Below, in pieces: positions 10,990 through 26,400 of a stretch of 64,000 nucleotides of DNA. Both the position numbers and the translations under genes were made by a program. Numbering within the stretch: the stretch's first letter is position 1; each line of letters starts with the position of its first letter. Under the pieces are notes generated by a model. That model was given only the letters and a program-made list of their open reading frames with translations. It was not told the origin of the DNA and did not search any database. The stretch comes from Raillietiella orientalis. Lineage: Eukaryota. The stretch is taken from positions 310,001 to 374,000 of the forward strand of contig JAYWIR010000050.1 of assembly GCA_036172245.1 (NCBI GenBank). The letters are read 5' to 3'.

Positions 10990-13148
10990 GTAATGGACCG
11001 AATGCAAGTTTCGTATGATGTAAGGTATCTCTCAGAAATTGAATCCCTGTCGATGAAAAGAATAAGTTCACATAGGAAAAAGAGGTTCCCTCGTGTAAAA
11101 TTTCATTTTATCATCGTAAATGGATGTAAACCAGTACAAAGCTAATGGAGGAATTTGAATTATGATGTCGGATCACTTCCGCATCCACATCAAAATCGGC
11201 ACTGGCGTTGACCTTGCTTTCACTATCACATCACAACCATTCATTTCATCTTCATCCCAGAATGCTTTACTTGAAGCAGGAAATCCATTTAACTTTCATG
11301 CCATAAATCCTTCAGATGCAGTTCCAAGGACTGGGAGTCCCTTTCAAAGCTGGCCTACTGTTTTAGATTTTCCTTTAGGCACAGGAGAAGGATGACAAGC
11401 AAAAGGCGAATTCTGAATGGTGCTTTAGAAAATCATCTCGAGAAGGATTATTCACCGCTTTGATTGCAACTGAAATCATGCCATTTTTTGACATTCGTTT
11501 CAATGATTTCACAGTTTTTTTCTTGCTCTTTTATTTTTTTTTTTTTATTTTTTTTAGAATTTAGTGATGTTTTCCTTGGAAGCTTCCCAGGTGTACCATG
11601 CATTTCAGAAGAATACGAGGTTTCCTTTTCCGCTCGACAACTGCTCTGATCCTCCTTTATTAAATTCCCATACCTATGAAAGACTCTGCAAGATTTGGAG
11701 TACGTTTTTCTTTCCCATATAAAATAAGGGCAGAATAATTTCTTTCAAGAGACGTTAGCAATTTTTGCATGATCCACCACCACATGACCGGAACGAAAAA
11801 AGTTTTTAATGATAATCTGATGCGAACTTCCGATGAAGTATGGCTCTTCACCTCACAGAGAAATGACTTCGACGGTATGCTATTGACAGACAACAAATTT
11901 TTTCAATCTTAAAATCTTCAACTTAAAGATTTTATTGTCTAGACATTTTCAATTAGCTGGAAATTTTTATGTCCCTGATTAGATGAATTTCTGTTTGATT
12001 TGTCTTCCGTTCATTCCACGACTTTCTGATGGCCACACACTCGTTTTTGGCCACAACGGGCAACCCCAAGCAATTTTTGATCGTTGCTTGCTTCCGGCAT
12101 TCAACGTGCGACAATAATTTTAAGTGCCAACCTTGGTTCACCAGCATCAACATCGGTTTGCATCATCGCTTGGCCTGTTTTCGTTCACGGGGCTTTTTTT
12201 TCTCAAGATGATTCTTATTCTGACTGATGATTCCACTGGTGGTGCTCCGACTCGGAGGCCTTCTTGCAGAAGCTCGCGGTCGCCTGCATCTCGTACTCTC
12301 GAACGGGACTTCCACCTGCCCCAAGGGCTCTTGAGCTGCTCCCTTGTCAACAAGATGCATTCCCGAAAATGCTCTGAAAATGTTGCCAGTCAGGAGAATG
12401 TCTCACTGCCTTTCCCTGAGGTATTCCATACGAAGGAAGCAAATTAGCATTCCCTGATTCTTTTAATCATCTTGAAAAAAACAAAAAAAAAACAATGTGA
12501 GCACTTGATGAATTGAGCTCTATCCATTCAGATTTCGTGCATGACACAGAGAACAAAATGCATTCTTCAGCGATGAGAACGATGAGCTGAGAGCTGAAAC
12601 CGTAAAATTCCTTGAACTGATTACATATCAACAAAGAAGTCTAAACGATTTTTTTTTTCTTTTTACTTCAGGTTAAACAATAAATGGGCAGTTTTTATTT
12701 TTTTTTCCTTTATGACTTCAAGTAGAATAAAGGATGTTTTGCATCTCACATATCTTACGAATGCTATCATTTTGGCCATGTATAAGCGATAGGACTCGCA
12801 TAACGCGGATTCATACAAGACGGGGTGACGTATCCGCCGCGCTATAAGGGGTGCTTTCAACTATCACAAAGGTTGTCCACGCTGGTCACAACTGATGGTC
12901 ATTTTTCTCCAGCAGCTTCTTAATGATCTGTTCAATCAAGCTGTTTGGCACATCCAGGCAAGCTTGCCAGTTTATCCTTCAATAGAATTCGGTACTTTCT
13001 CTCAAGGGCGTGCACAGCTCAAAACAACAGTTGACCAAAAAAGTAGACCCTCGCCATTTTCGAAGAATGAGATGCTGCTGCGAGGAAACAGTAGAACCCT
13101 CAAAGGTCTGGGAACCGTAGGGTCCTGGATTTTGCTCTTTTCCTATTC
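10990..13148 (-). pseudogene. Decayed gene-like region (charged, low-complexity protein fragments)
   Basis: Exon-like 13148-12759 (phase 1/1) splices through a 43-nt GTAAG..AAG intron into an open LIKEKKIKTAHLLFNL block. Downstream fragments such as KEDQSSCRAEKETSYSSEMHGTPGKLPRKTSLNSKKNKKKKIKEQEKNCEIIETNVKKWHDF are broken by stops and frameshifts. Confidence 0.35.
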
Positions 13149-14374
13149 CTGTACCAAAAATCAGCGAGTTCCGCATTGAATTTTAGGGAGACAGTCAGAA
13201 GTTTACAGTAAACTCGTAAGTTTTTACAGTAAACCCCGCGGTAGCATGAAGACGTCAAGAGAAGATGGCAGTGGTCATAAGCAAACTCTTCATTTTTCTT
13301 CTATCTTTTAAACAGGACCGAGGCTCGAATGCGGAGTCGCCGCATCACTTCAGCACATTTGGCAAGAGCTTCTGCGTTTCTTCTTGTTTTTTTCGGAACG
13401 ACTGCCGAAGCAAAGCTTCGATTCCAGCAGAGTGGGCTTTTCCCCGAATGTTGTGACTTAGTCCAACGCTGAATGTTGAGTTCGTCTTTTGACTTTGCGC
13501 CCCCAAGTTCAGCTCAGTAAGGTGTCCATCAGTGTGGATCGAAAAAGCACATCTATCCATGACACGGGAACTCCTTGAGTATTTGTCGATTCCACGTAAA
13601 GGAGCGCGCCTACACGGCGTGTTCTCCCGCAGCTCTTCCTGAATGATGGTCACATTTGGAACCACGATGCAGCTGACCACTCCCATAGTGGATCAAAAAA
13701 AAACTCTCGCCATCTTCAGAGATCGCACGCGTAAGTACTCTTCGCGACGCAGAAATGTGCAAAAACAAGTTGCAATTAGTTGCCATGTCGATACGCGAAT
13801 GTTCCCTCCAGCCATGTACAGGCCTCCATTAGTTTTACTTCCTCTTGACGTTTTTACTGATCCTTTCGTTTTCTCCGGACTTTCCTGGATTATTCTTCCA
13901 TTCCAACTTTTATTACTCGTAATAACCTCATTCCTTGGTGATGTCGGAGTGTGTTAAGACGAACTAATAAATTGAATCCTATGAAGTGCATGATGCCACC
14001 TCACTACAGATAACCAGAGCTTTCGTGAGTTTCTCTACAAGGCGAGAGATCCAGACGTGCCTTGAAAAATCTGCTTCCAAAGTTCTCTAAGGAGACATCA
14101 CTAATTTGTCCAATGTTTTTTTATACGTCCCTTAGCTTTCATCATTTAATCCTGGAAGTCCTCGTCCTAACATATGCACTGCTTGCTAGTTCTGTTTCAT
14201 ACTAAACGGATTGGAAAACAGACCTGCATATCATCACTCTTTTAGCACTGGTATAGAAATATTCAAAAAACCTTCCTCTAATTCAACTTCAGTCATCTAT
14301 ACCTAGTTTGCCCCTCATTTTCTTCGGTGGCAATTGAGGCTCAGGTCTTGTAATTTATGATTGATTTCTTCTAG

Positions 14375-14827
14375 TGGGTGGGAAGCGAGGTAAAAAGGAC
14401 GTCGAAGAGAGATGAAAGACTCAACATTTGACGCGCATATGAGAAAGAAAATCATCTCACTGCCAGCACACGCAGGGCAGCGTGGATACGGCTTATTGAA
14501 AACAACCGGATCAAGGAAAAGCCATTTTGAGCAGAGCCGAGTTTCGAAGCATTTCCTATTCAACGAATAATCTTGTTCTGGAGATCATGCATTCATTCGT
14601 TCCTTATGGACTCAACCGTCTTCCCGTGGGAGCATGCTCACGAGGACGGCTTCGATCGCCTACGCGGAAGGTTGGGAACACAGCAAGTATCTCTAGGTCA
14701 CATCCTGAACAGGTGCATCAACAACCAGATGGAGAAGCATGAACGGTGACCCAAATCCAGAGGGACCCTCCGAAACAAGGGAGTCACAACTGCCAACCAG
14801 ACCATATTCCGGGGGCAGATTCGAAAG
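14375..14827 (+). pseudogene. Exon-like segment of 151 codons interrupted only by three TGA codons
   Basis: Acceptor ttgatttcttctAG at 14374 and donor AAG/GTAAAG at 14828, phase 0/0. TGA at 14429, 14528 and 14747, with no in-frame TAA or TAG. Confidence 0.3.
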
Positions 14828-15994
14828 GTAAAGTCAAGTCTGAGGGAAGGTAGTCATGCTGAAAGTCTCTCGCTCCCATTAATATTTAGGGTAACAGGCA
14901 AGGCAAAATAAGGAGAACAAGCATCGAGGATTGACTTTACATTTCGCTCCCAAAGAAGTGTTCTCCATTCAGAGAAAGATTTTGACAGAATTTCTCAATT
15001 CTTTGGATCTGATTCCAGTATCTTGAGTCCGAAAGGTCTTCCGCTCTTCTTGCGGAAGCTGCTAATTCATAAGGAACAGACAAAGAACATCAGAAAAGCA
15101 ATAGTGAACTCGAATAGACAGTATTCCCGAGATGTGTACTAGAAGCACTCGATAGGTGGTCTCCGCCTCGCGTAATGGAGAATTACTGAAATAAGGAATT
15201 CGAAATTGGGACAGCAAAATTCTCAGATCTCGGGAAGAGTTTGGCAGCAGAGGCAGGAGAAGAAGATAATGGAAATCCCCCCTCTCTGTACGTTGCTTTA
15301 TTCGTTTTTGGAATTATTTTTATGTACGGAAATTCGAATAAATCTACGAGTACAATCTTCCGTAAACTAAGCTCTAATTTAACCAAAGTATGATTTCCAC
15401 TGATTCTGATTACTCTGCATCCTTGATTAGCTGAAATCGATTGAAAAGGGAAGATTCGTTAAAGGTTGGCAGCACATGCTAAAAATAAGATTCCTCGGTT
15501 CCTGATGATTCTGAGCACAGCTCTGTAGTCGTCCACCGAAAAATAAAAACGAGCAAGCCCTAACCAGGTACTTCAAAAGCAGATTTCAATCCCATCTTCA
15601 GAATACGCTCTCCCTGCGGAAACATAGAAAAGAAGTGTGTTTCCAACGAGGCAAAACCCGTCCCTGTCATGGCTCCAAGAAGAAAGAAGGAAACTGGATG
15701 CCATTCGTTTTTTGCGTTCCGCGCTTCTGAATTCCATCGTCCCCGAGCCTCGTCCACAAGTGAATCAGTCGGCTTCTTGCGGCCGTATTTTCTTTCTCTT
15801 CGCCTCAGCACGGCCGAAGACCGAGGGCTAGCACTTTTTTGGGGGGGATTTCTGCGACGGGGAAAAATCCGCATTTCACCTTGGCAGCTCGGAGGACGAA
15901 AATCGGTACTGTAGGCCTCCGTGCAAAGAACACCCGCAGTACTCTGCGTGGGCACTCCTGAATCCCGTCGGGCGAGCACGAAGGCAGCGCGGAG

Positions 15995-17023
15995 ATGTCG
16001 ACCTACAAGATTGTCATGGTCCGTCATGGAGAAAGCCTGTGGAACAAGGAAAATAAATTTTGCGGATGGTATGATGCCGGCCTGAGCCCGAAAGGTCTGA
16101 TTTTGTTGATATTTGGTTGCTATGCATGACCCTGTGCTAAGAGCAGCAGATGCACTTGCTGGCCTCGGTGTGAAATAAACTCGTAAACGTTCATTTAAAT
16201 TTGCTCGTTCAGGAATCGAAGAGGCTGTTCAGTCGGGGAAGACGCTCAAGGATCAAGGATACGTCTTTGATCAGGCCCACACTTCCGTATTGACGCGAGC
16301 CGAAAAAACACTGGAGTTGATTTTAAAGGAAATTGGGCAAACCAATATTCCAGTCTATAGAACATGGCGCTTAAATGAGCGCCATTATGGTGGCTTGACA
16401 GGTTTAAACAAGGCAGAAACGGCTAAAAAATATGGAGAAAAGCAAGTATGTGGTGTCTTTAAATTCTCAATCCTTATAGTGCTTTTGAAATTTGTATTTG
16501 CATAATAACTTAAGACTGCATTCCAACGACTACAATTATTTCAGGTACAAATCTGGAGGAGAAGTTATGATGTTCCTCCTCCTCCCATTGATGAAAGCAA
16601 CGAATACTACAAAATAATTTTGGAGGATCCCCGTTACGCAGATGGGCCTTCACGTTCCGAGTTTCCCATGTTTGAATCTCTGAAACTGACTATAGCTCGC
16701 ACTCTGCCCTACTGGAATGAAGTGATAGTACCCCAGTTGAGAAAGGGACAACGTATCTTGATTGCAGCTCATGGCAACAGTTTACGTGGAATTGTAAAGC
16801 ACTTAGACAGTAAGCATGAAAGTTGCACAACTTTTTTATCCACTTTATCGTTTCAGATTTGTCAGATGAAAGAATCATGGAACTCAATTTGCCCACTGGA
16901 ATCCCATTTGTGTACGAACTTGATGAGAACTTGCAGCCATTGGTTTCCATGAAATTTTTGGGAGATGAGGAAACTGTGCGCCAAGCCATGGAAGCTGTAG
17001 CTGCTCAAGGCAAAGCCAAGTGA
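15995..17023 (+). CDS. PGAM: 2,3-bisphosphoglycerate-dependent phosphoglycerate mutase (dPGM)
   Basis: Exons 15995-16094, 16213-16445, 16545-16809, 16857-17023 (introns 118, 99, 47 nt). [121 protein letters not shown]; the catalytic RHG and AHGN motifs are intact. Confidence 0.98.
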
Positions 17024-17089
17024 AAGAACATTATGATTTACTTGTAGTTAGCAACAAATACATGTTGACTATGTTCCACATTTGGAGAT

Positions 17090-18967
<1,878 letters not shown>

Positions 18968-20460
18968 TTGAGTTGAGGTAGAGATGTTCTCATGCAGTGA
19001 ACTTTTCGTATTCGCTTATGGCTAAATTCTCTTTACAAGAATTTCTCACTGCATGTTCAAGCAAAATTACCGTACATTCACTCATCACTTAATGCACGAA
19101 TTTCACGAATTTCCCGCAAGCAATCAAGAGAGTGCACTTCCTGCGGCATCCTATCCCTTACAACACGTCACTGGTGATATCCGTCCGATGGTTTTCCGAT
19201 GACGACATTCGTGCAACACAGATGTGTTGTGCGTTCTCAGTGTAGGGAGCACCACGCGATTATTCCTCGTTAGGCGTAGGTCTCGCGGAAAAATATACCT
19301 ACGGAGCCCAAGGCCCCTCCCTCCCCCCCAGGAAACGGGGAAAGGCATGCAGGAGTCGCAGCATCCCGACGGGGTGGATGGGGATGCGATCGCGGATTCG
19401 TGTTTGCTGCAGGTCTACGGCAACCGTTTCCAGACAACCGGTCGGAGCACGCAACACCGGTTGCTGCGTTGTCTTCAGGCGTGCTGGGATGGGAAGGCGC
19501 AGGCATGCAGCCGAGGGGAACCATCCTTGGGAAAAGTTCCCATCTCCCCACTGCACGGAGGAGGTTTTACACGGTGCCGCTCCAGAAGCATCGGATTCCC
19601 ACCGACAACCCCATGCCCAGGAGGAGGCCAGAGAGCCATCCACCGCACCCTCGGAGTTTCGTGTCCACGTGCTAGGATTCCAATGCCAAGAAAAACTCGT
19701 CCACCAGCGGAGGGAGGGAGGAGGGGGGGGGGTCGTACCGCTGATTTCTGCAGCATCCCTCAGCTTTTCTTCCCTCAACCCCCGAGGTGGAGGGATGCCT
19801 GGCAACGATCGACGACGACTGATTGATCACGAGAAACCGCTTTGATGGATGATTATTCCAAGATTTGTGCATTCAGTGCAAAATGCTTTCTCGTGAACGT
19901 GCAGCCATACCAGTTCAAATACGTAGCAAAATGGAAGGGAGAGAGCTTTTGCATTCTTTGTGGTCAGATCTTTATTGTCCGACCGCTCTTCTCATTTCGA
20001 ATTCCGTTTCGCTGCCAACTTTACACTTTTCCTTACATTCCTGCACTTTTGAACTTTAAAAAACGTTCGAATCCCTGCTCCCACCGTCATGGTTCCTACC
20101 ATGATTCCTCTTCGAAACCTCATCCCTTTTGTGACAGCACGGTTTCAGCGGCACCTCTTAAGTGTTAAAACGAGCCTCCCTTTTCCTTTCTTTTCATTCT
20201 TTTCCTTACAAGAAAAACATAAGCAGAATTTCATCGCTCTCTGTTTTTTAGATTTTACTGGCATTCCCTAAATCATTAGACGCAATTAAAATGCCGAATG
20301 TGCTTTTGATGCTGCTTGAAAAAGACTTCCCATGAAACGCAATGAAATTTTCTGTCTTTGCATCTCGTGTACAATATCCCATTGCTGGAAGTATTCTAAG
20401 GGTATGTCTATACACGGGATGAAAACCCAATGAAATGGACAGTTCAACAGACACCTTTTA

Positions 20461-23400
20461 ATGGAGCGTCCGGAGCAGATCTCGACAGAGATTCTTGAGC
20501 GAAAGTTAATACTCTACATTTCCATAAATTTCAAGGTCATTCTAGTCTGAATCACAAGGGAGAGGCAATTATGCGTTTCACGAAGATTATACTTACAGTT
20601 CCAATCAAGAAAAAATGCATCAAAGAGCAATAGAACGTTCGGCGCTGAATTCGAGAAACCCTAAGCAACAACAGCGACAAAAGTCCCTTCGGTATTCGCA
20701 TCTGATGATACGAATCACATAAATAACAAATGTTTCATGAAAAGGTTTCCACAGATAAGCTCAGACGAAACAGAAATCCTTCGTCCCCTACCGTCGGGGG
20801 CTTAGTTGGTGATTTTTCGTGCGTTGCCATGAAATTCTTCAGCAGTCGCCTCCATGAAGCATATGCCACCAGGCCGTTCAGGAACCGCTGCAAGCCCCTA
20901 GAATTTCGAAGAGCGAGCACGGTGCTTCATTCGAGAAGAATTCCTACGAAAACGTGAAATGGCGCCATACCATTCACTTATTTTGCGAAATGTGGAGGAC
21001 CAGAATTTATTCCAGCGGCCTGCCCCCTCCAGGTCAATCTGAATATCTGATCAGGTCGAGAAGACGGGAGACATTTGCCGTCTTGCTGCCTCCAGAGTCG
21101 TTAAAAATTGCAATCACTGGTGTAGCCACTGCTCATTGGAGTTTGCAAAATTTCCCGTATAGTGAGCCAGAGAGAATTCCGCGAAGAACTGCTTCCCGGA
21201 AACAGTATTTGCGTCATGTGAGGAAGAAAAAAAAAAAAAAAAAATGCTCATATGATTTTGGCGACCAAGTGAGAATTCCCAGATGCAACGTGGAGCACAC
21301 TCCTACAGAATCGACTTATCACTATTAGATAGAAGAGGGGAATCGTTATTATGAGGCAAAAATCGTTTATTTGTATAGCAGCAGCAGCCTTGCGATTTGC
21401 AGCACTTCGGTATGCGAGATACCACGTGTTTCTGCACAAACATAATATGAAGATGGCAAGAGTGTACGTCCACGCCAACGGTTCGGTCGAGCTACAAACC
21501 TCAGTCTGAGAACAGTTTCGTTCCACGAGGGAGATCAATCCAATTTGCAGCTCATTCTGCTGGTACGGAAGAAGAATACCAAAGTGTTTGTTTGGAATCG
21601 GTCTCTCAATAGAATGCTGCGTCCATTTGCGAAATACTCGACTTTGACGTGACTGCTTGCTTTCTTGGCTGCAGGAAGACCTCTCCCTTTCCTGTGCAAT
21701 CGCGTTAAGAGCGGAAAAGCAGTATCTTCTTGGTAGTACGGACGGAATTCTACCGGCAAAAGGCAGCCTTAGACACTAACCAATCTCTAAAAGGAACCGT
21801 TTCGCCAGCCTTGATTCATGCAATAATTCATCATGCCAAAGTTTTTGACAAGGACGGCGGCGGTTCGAAGCAATTGGAAAAGATGTCTTACGTAAGCAAC
21901 TCGAGAAGGGAATTTTCACGTCCTCCCCCATACCCACCCACACAGAATGGAAAAGCTTGCAGAGTTCCCGACTTATGGAAGTGAACTTCAAGTCAGGTGA
22001 GTATTGAACTGGTTGCTTGGGAAGGTCTCGGATGAATACCCAAGGGGTGAACAAACCGCAAACTACAACTTCCTACCGGTGAGAAGTTTGGTAAGAAAGT
22101 ACAAAAATGTGGGATGCTGAGCGACGTCCAAGAATGACTTTGGGGACTATTTAGGGTGTGAACGTTCTGGAGCAGGGAGTGATGCGAGCAAGGATGACGC
22201 TTTCGCGGTGGCATCCCAGCAATCACCACGCTCACGCACTGAAGCGGAACACCCACAAACACGTAAGCATTCACAAGACACAGTCCTACCCGCACCGCGA
22301 AGGTGCTTCCTATGCCGTGCAACCAGGCCGTTGTCACGAGAGCTCGTCAAACTCGTCTGGTTCACAGAACTCCTTGCTGTTCTTGGTCCTTTCACCACTG
22401 CTCCTTTCGAAGGCGTGCCTCCAAAGCCGGGGTACAAGAGGTCTCCGCTGGTTGTGCGTCTCTTCGTAGACAACGTCGCTGCGCTCCGATCGTCGCGAGA
22501 GGAAAGAGAGAAGGCGCCAGCAACGGAGAATGCAGACTTCTAGAAGGACGGGACAACACCCACTTTCCGCAACCAGGTATCTTCCTCCGTTTTCTGACTC
22601 TTCCTGCCATAGAGGTTGCGATTTTTGAGGCAATTTTCCACGCAGTCCTGCCATCGCCGCACGCGGAGCACCAACAGCGGTACCTTCGCAAGAGCGTGAC
22701 AGGCGGTGCCGTAGCCGCAGCCTCAAGCTCTTTGCTCGCGAGAAGTCGCGGGATGCTCCTTTGACCTGCTTCTTGAGCCTGGAGGAGGGAGGGGGAGAAG
22801 GAGAGGGCGAGGAAGAGGAAAGGAGGAAGGTCATGCCGCGGCGCGAACACACGTGAGTGGAAAACCGTCTCCTAACAGTCGGGTGGATCTCAGAAGGGCC
22901 GCGTTCTGGGAATTTAGTGAAGCGACCAAGCCCTGCCAGTGAGGATTCTGCCTGAAAGGGAAGACCAACTTCTGGGAGAGCACGCTGCTGCCCACAAGAG
23001 AATCTTGAATCTTCTTTGCCAATGACGAAGCCGAAACACAGCCGGTGAACATCCCGGTAAGAAGGGTGCTGTGAAGAGAACTGAAACTGAAGGTGAAGAT
23101 GAGACTACCACGTCGAACAAGAAAGAAGGTGGTGCCTGCGGCATGCTGAGATCGAACTCCTGGAGACCGCTGCAACGCGTGGCCGCGTGTTGCTCGTGCG
23201 ACCTACTCGAAACTTGTACGCGGGCTCTCCTGACATTTCCGGCTAGGAGGAAACCTGGACGGTGGATCACCATGCTTCCCACACCGCCGTGATGGATAAC
23301 ATGAACGACGGACTGACAGCGGCCCCCCCGCAAAGCAAGGAGGTGCGGAAAGAAGAGCTGTCTCTGATGATCCCCTATTTCCGCTGCATGCCATGAATGG

Positions 23401-26400
23401 AGGAAAGATGGACGCAGGGAAGATGGAAGAGAAGAACAGTTCGCAACGGGCGGTAGCTGTCAGTCGAGCTGCGACTGTTCCATCACAAAAAGGAGAATGA
23501 AGAGGAGGAGTTCGCCACAAGAATGAGCAGCGAACTCTGCGGGGAAGAAGAGCCGCAGGGTCACTGGCGTGAGAAGCAAACCTCAGCAGGGCCGCTCGCA
23601 GAGTAACTCCAGAACGAGGGTAGCAACCGTCTGGAGGTCGCGACTGCCACCGGCGATCCAGATGGCCCTTGGCGTGGCACGAGACCCTGGCACCGTACGG
23701 GGAACTTGTATGCAAGCTCTGCAAGGCAAGAGGAAGAAAGGGGGCCCGGCGTCACGTGCCCAACTCGCGGCTGGAAAGCGCCGAGCCAGGCGAGGACAAG
23801 AACGGAGGAGGCCCAAGGTGACCTATCCAAGAGAATCACGGGATCGTTCTCGCGCGCGATCCCGTGACGCGTGGGTCACCACCGCCTTCTTCGCTGCGAA
23901 CACTCTGGCAAGGTCGAAACCTCAGAGGAAGAACCGTGGCAGCCGCGGGATGTCCCCTTGGGCCCTCTAGGGGAGGGAATGGGAATGTCTGCGTGCGGAG
24001 AGCGAGTTCCGGCCCACGTGGGAGTGCTTTTCGCCTCTTGAAGGATGCGAAAGCGCGTGCCGGCGCCAAGGGGGCCGTGGCTCTCCGGGAGAACGAGCGG
24101 TGGTGGGACATCCAGGAGTAGAGGCGGCGCGCCCGCTTTTCCACCCCTCTGCTGCTAGGCGGCCTGAGGGATACCGAAGACGAGTGGGCCGGCAGTTCGC
24201 CCTCTAGGAAGAAGGAGCCGAAAAGGGGGAGAGGCTGGTGGACTTCCCCGCAGTTCGGCTCTCCCGACGGCGCTGTGCTGCCGCTTTCTCCATCCCGAAA
24301 CCAAGGACGGCGCCTCTCTCTTGCCGGTCTCCTGGGTGGGAACGGGCAGCGCAATCCACTGAGTCTCGGCCTCCACTGAATGGCGCGGGAGACGTCGCCC
24401 TTCGCTTTCCTTTCCAGGTAAGATCATCTCGCCGCTCCCCTTGCGAGCTGAGGTGGTCGCGCAAGCAACTCCTGCTGAATGAAGAAGCGCCGCGGCAACA
24501 GCGTCCCGGAGTGTCCGCCGGTTCGTAATTGAAGGACAAGGGGAAGAACGAACCGGAAGCTTCTCAACAGGAAGATCCGGTGCGGTAGTCCCCCCAACTC
24601 CCACCGCCGCGGGGTCTCGACCGGAGAGGCGGAAAACCAAGATTTGGCGAGACCTGCCTCCCACCACCGCTGAGCTTTCCGGTGTATTTTTTTTTCGTGG
24701 GGGAAGGGGGGAATCTGCTTGGAAGCGCTTCTCGTCGGGTGCGCTTTCCCTGCCACATTCCTCGATCCCCTAAGGGAACTATCGATTTGGCGCCTCCGCA
24801 GCGCTCCGTGGGGATCGCAGCCATGAAGGGGAAAAGGTAGGCTCGGACTACCCCCCACCCCGTTACTCCAGACGCCACCGTAAAGGGGAGCAAGGGCAGT
24901 CGGTTCCGGAGGGGAGGAACCGCCTCTCCGCGCACCCACCCGAGGCACCGGTAGTGCGTTCCGCGCAGTGGAGATGGCGCGCGCTGGCCCGCACCCCTTC
25001 GTCCAGCTTCCATCTAGCGAGGAAGCGGCAAACTGCAAGAGGCGCGCAAGGGGGACGAGAGGTGCCGCGCACATGACGAGCAGGCAGCAACTCCTCCCTC
25101 CCGTCCTCGTTCCCCCACTCCCTGACCCTCTTCGTCCGGACTTTCCTGCAAGGGGCACCCCCTCGGTTCCCGACACGCGAGTCCAAAACGCAGAAAGAAG
25201 CTTGCAATGGTCTCTGATGCAGGCCGCCTGGCAGGCCAATTCCACACGGCCTTAGTTCTCACGCATTCCTCACCCCGGCCCCAGCCGCCGGTCTCCGGCC
25301 GGCGGACAACACGGAGGGCTCCCTCCATCTCTGGAAGGAATGCACCTACCCCTCCTCCGGGAGTTGCTCCCCTCTCGGGAGGCGGGCAGACTTTCCGTCC
25401 CACAGGCGGAGTGGGAGGCGTTTACCCCGGTGCCCGTGGAAGGGGTCCGATACACTTCCGCCTCCTCCTCCGACTTCGACGACTCCCGCTCCCACTCCCC
25501 TTCCCCTGCAGAACGTGCGGCCTCGCGCTCGCCGTCGTTACGGCCACATTGTCGGGATGGTCGGTTGCTGCTCTCCGCGACGGTCTGTACCAGCCCGCAA
25601 AGGAGCGCCAAGCGGCGGCCGTTGCCTTCCAGGAGAGAGGGGTGCGAAAGTGGGCCGGAGAAGAGCTCTGGGTTTCACTCACTCACCCCTAGAGGCTCAG
25701 CGCGTCCCTCATTGGGAGGCGCCTCGATCCTCTCCAGCCCGTCCTCGTTCTCGGTATCCCCCCAACAGGGGTCGCGAGGAAGAGCAACGAAGCGGCTTCA
25801 GGCACCCGCGCCCCTTACCTTCTTCCTACCACGGCGAAAGGGGTCGGGTGCTCTGCGGCGTCTCTCGGGCGCATCTCCGCGGGTCTCTTCTCGGACGCGG
25901 ACCCATGGGATGCGCGGGAGCAGGTGCTTGGATCGCCTGGGTGCCGTGCAGCGACACGGCCACCCTGGATGACAGCCGGTAAGCGCGAATTTGCCTCTCC
26001 GGGACAAGCGGCCTCCCGGTGGACGCGCCCAGGGGACCCTGTCCGCTTCTTCACCCGGGACGGGTCCCGAGGGGAAAAAGGAGCGGACGAGAGCTTCCTG
26101 GGTAGAGGGGGGTCCGAAGACTCCCCTCAGGCAAGCCTCCAGATCCTCTCGCCCGGGCCCTCTCCGGAGAACAGAGCGGGAGCGGGGCAGCGCCGCCGTC
26201 AGCGTGAGAGGTCGAAGACCGCGGCGCCGCAGGCGAGTCCTGGCGCCAGATCCGCGAAGGAAAAAGCTCTTGGAGGCGGCGACCTCTCCCTCCCCGGGCC
26301 AGGAGGGTGGGAAGGGGGAGGACGGCTGCTCCTTAAGCCGGTCCGTCCATCGGTTCGTCTTCCGGGCGGCGCGACGCCTCCAGGCGCGCGCGCGCATCCT

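Noticed and set aside
18974..18981. let-7 seed TGAGGTAG, which is an 8-mer let-7 site on the PI4K2 strand
   Set aside because: The match does not extend beyond the seed, there is no hairpin, and a single 5' UTR 8-mer is not evidence of regulation.
22900..23620. Euplotes-style +1 frameshifting at stop codons (for example GAA TGA AGA)
   Set aside because: One shift gives a plausible continuation, but applying the rule consistently does not give a coherent protein. Ordinary decay explains it as well.
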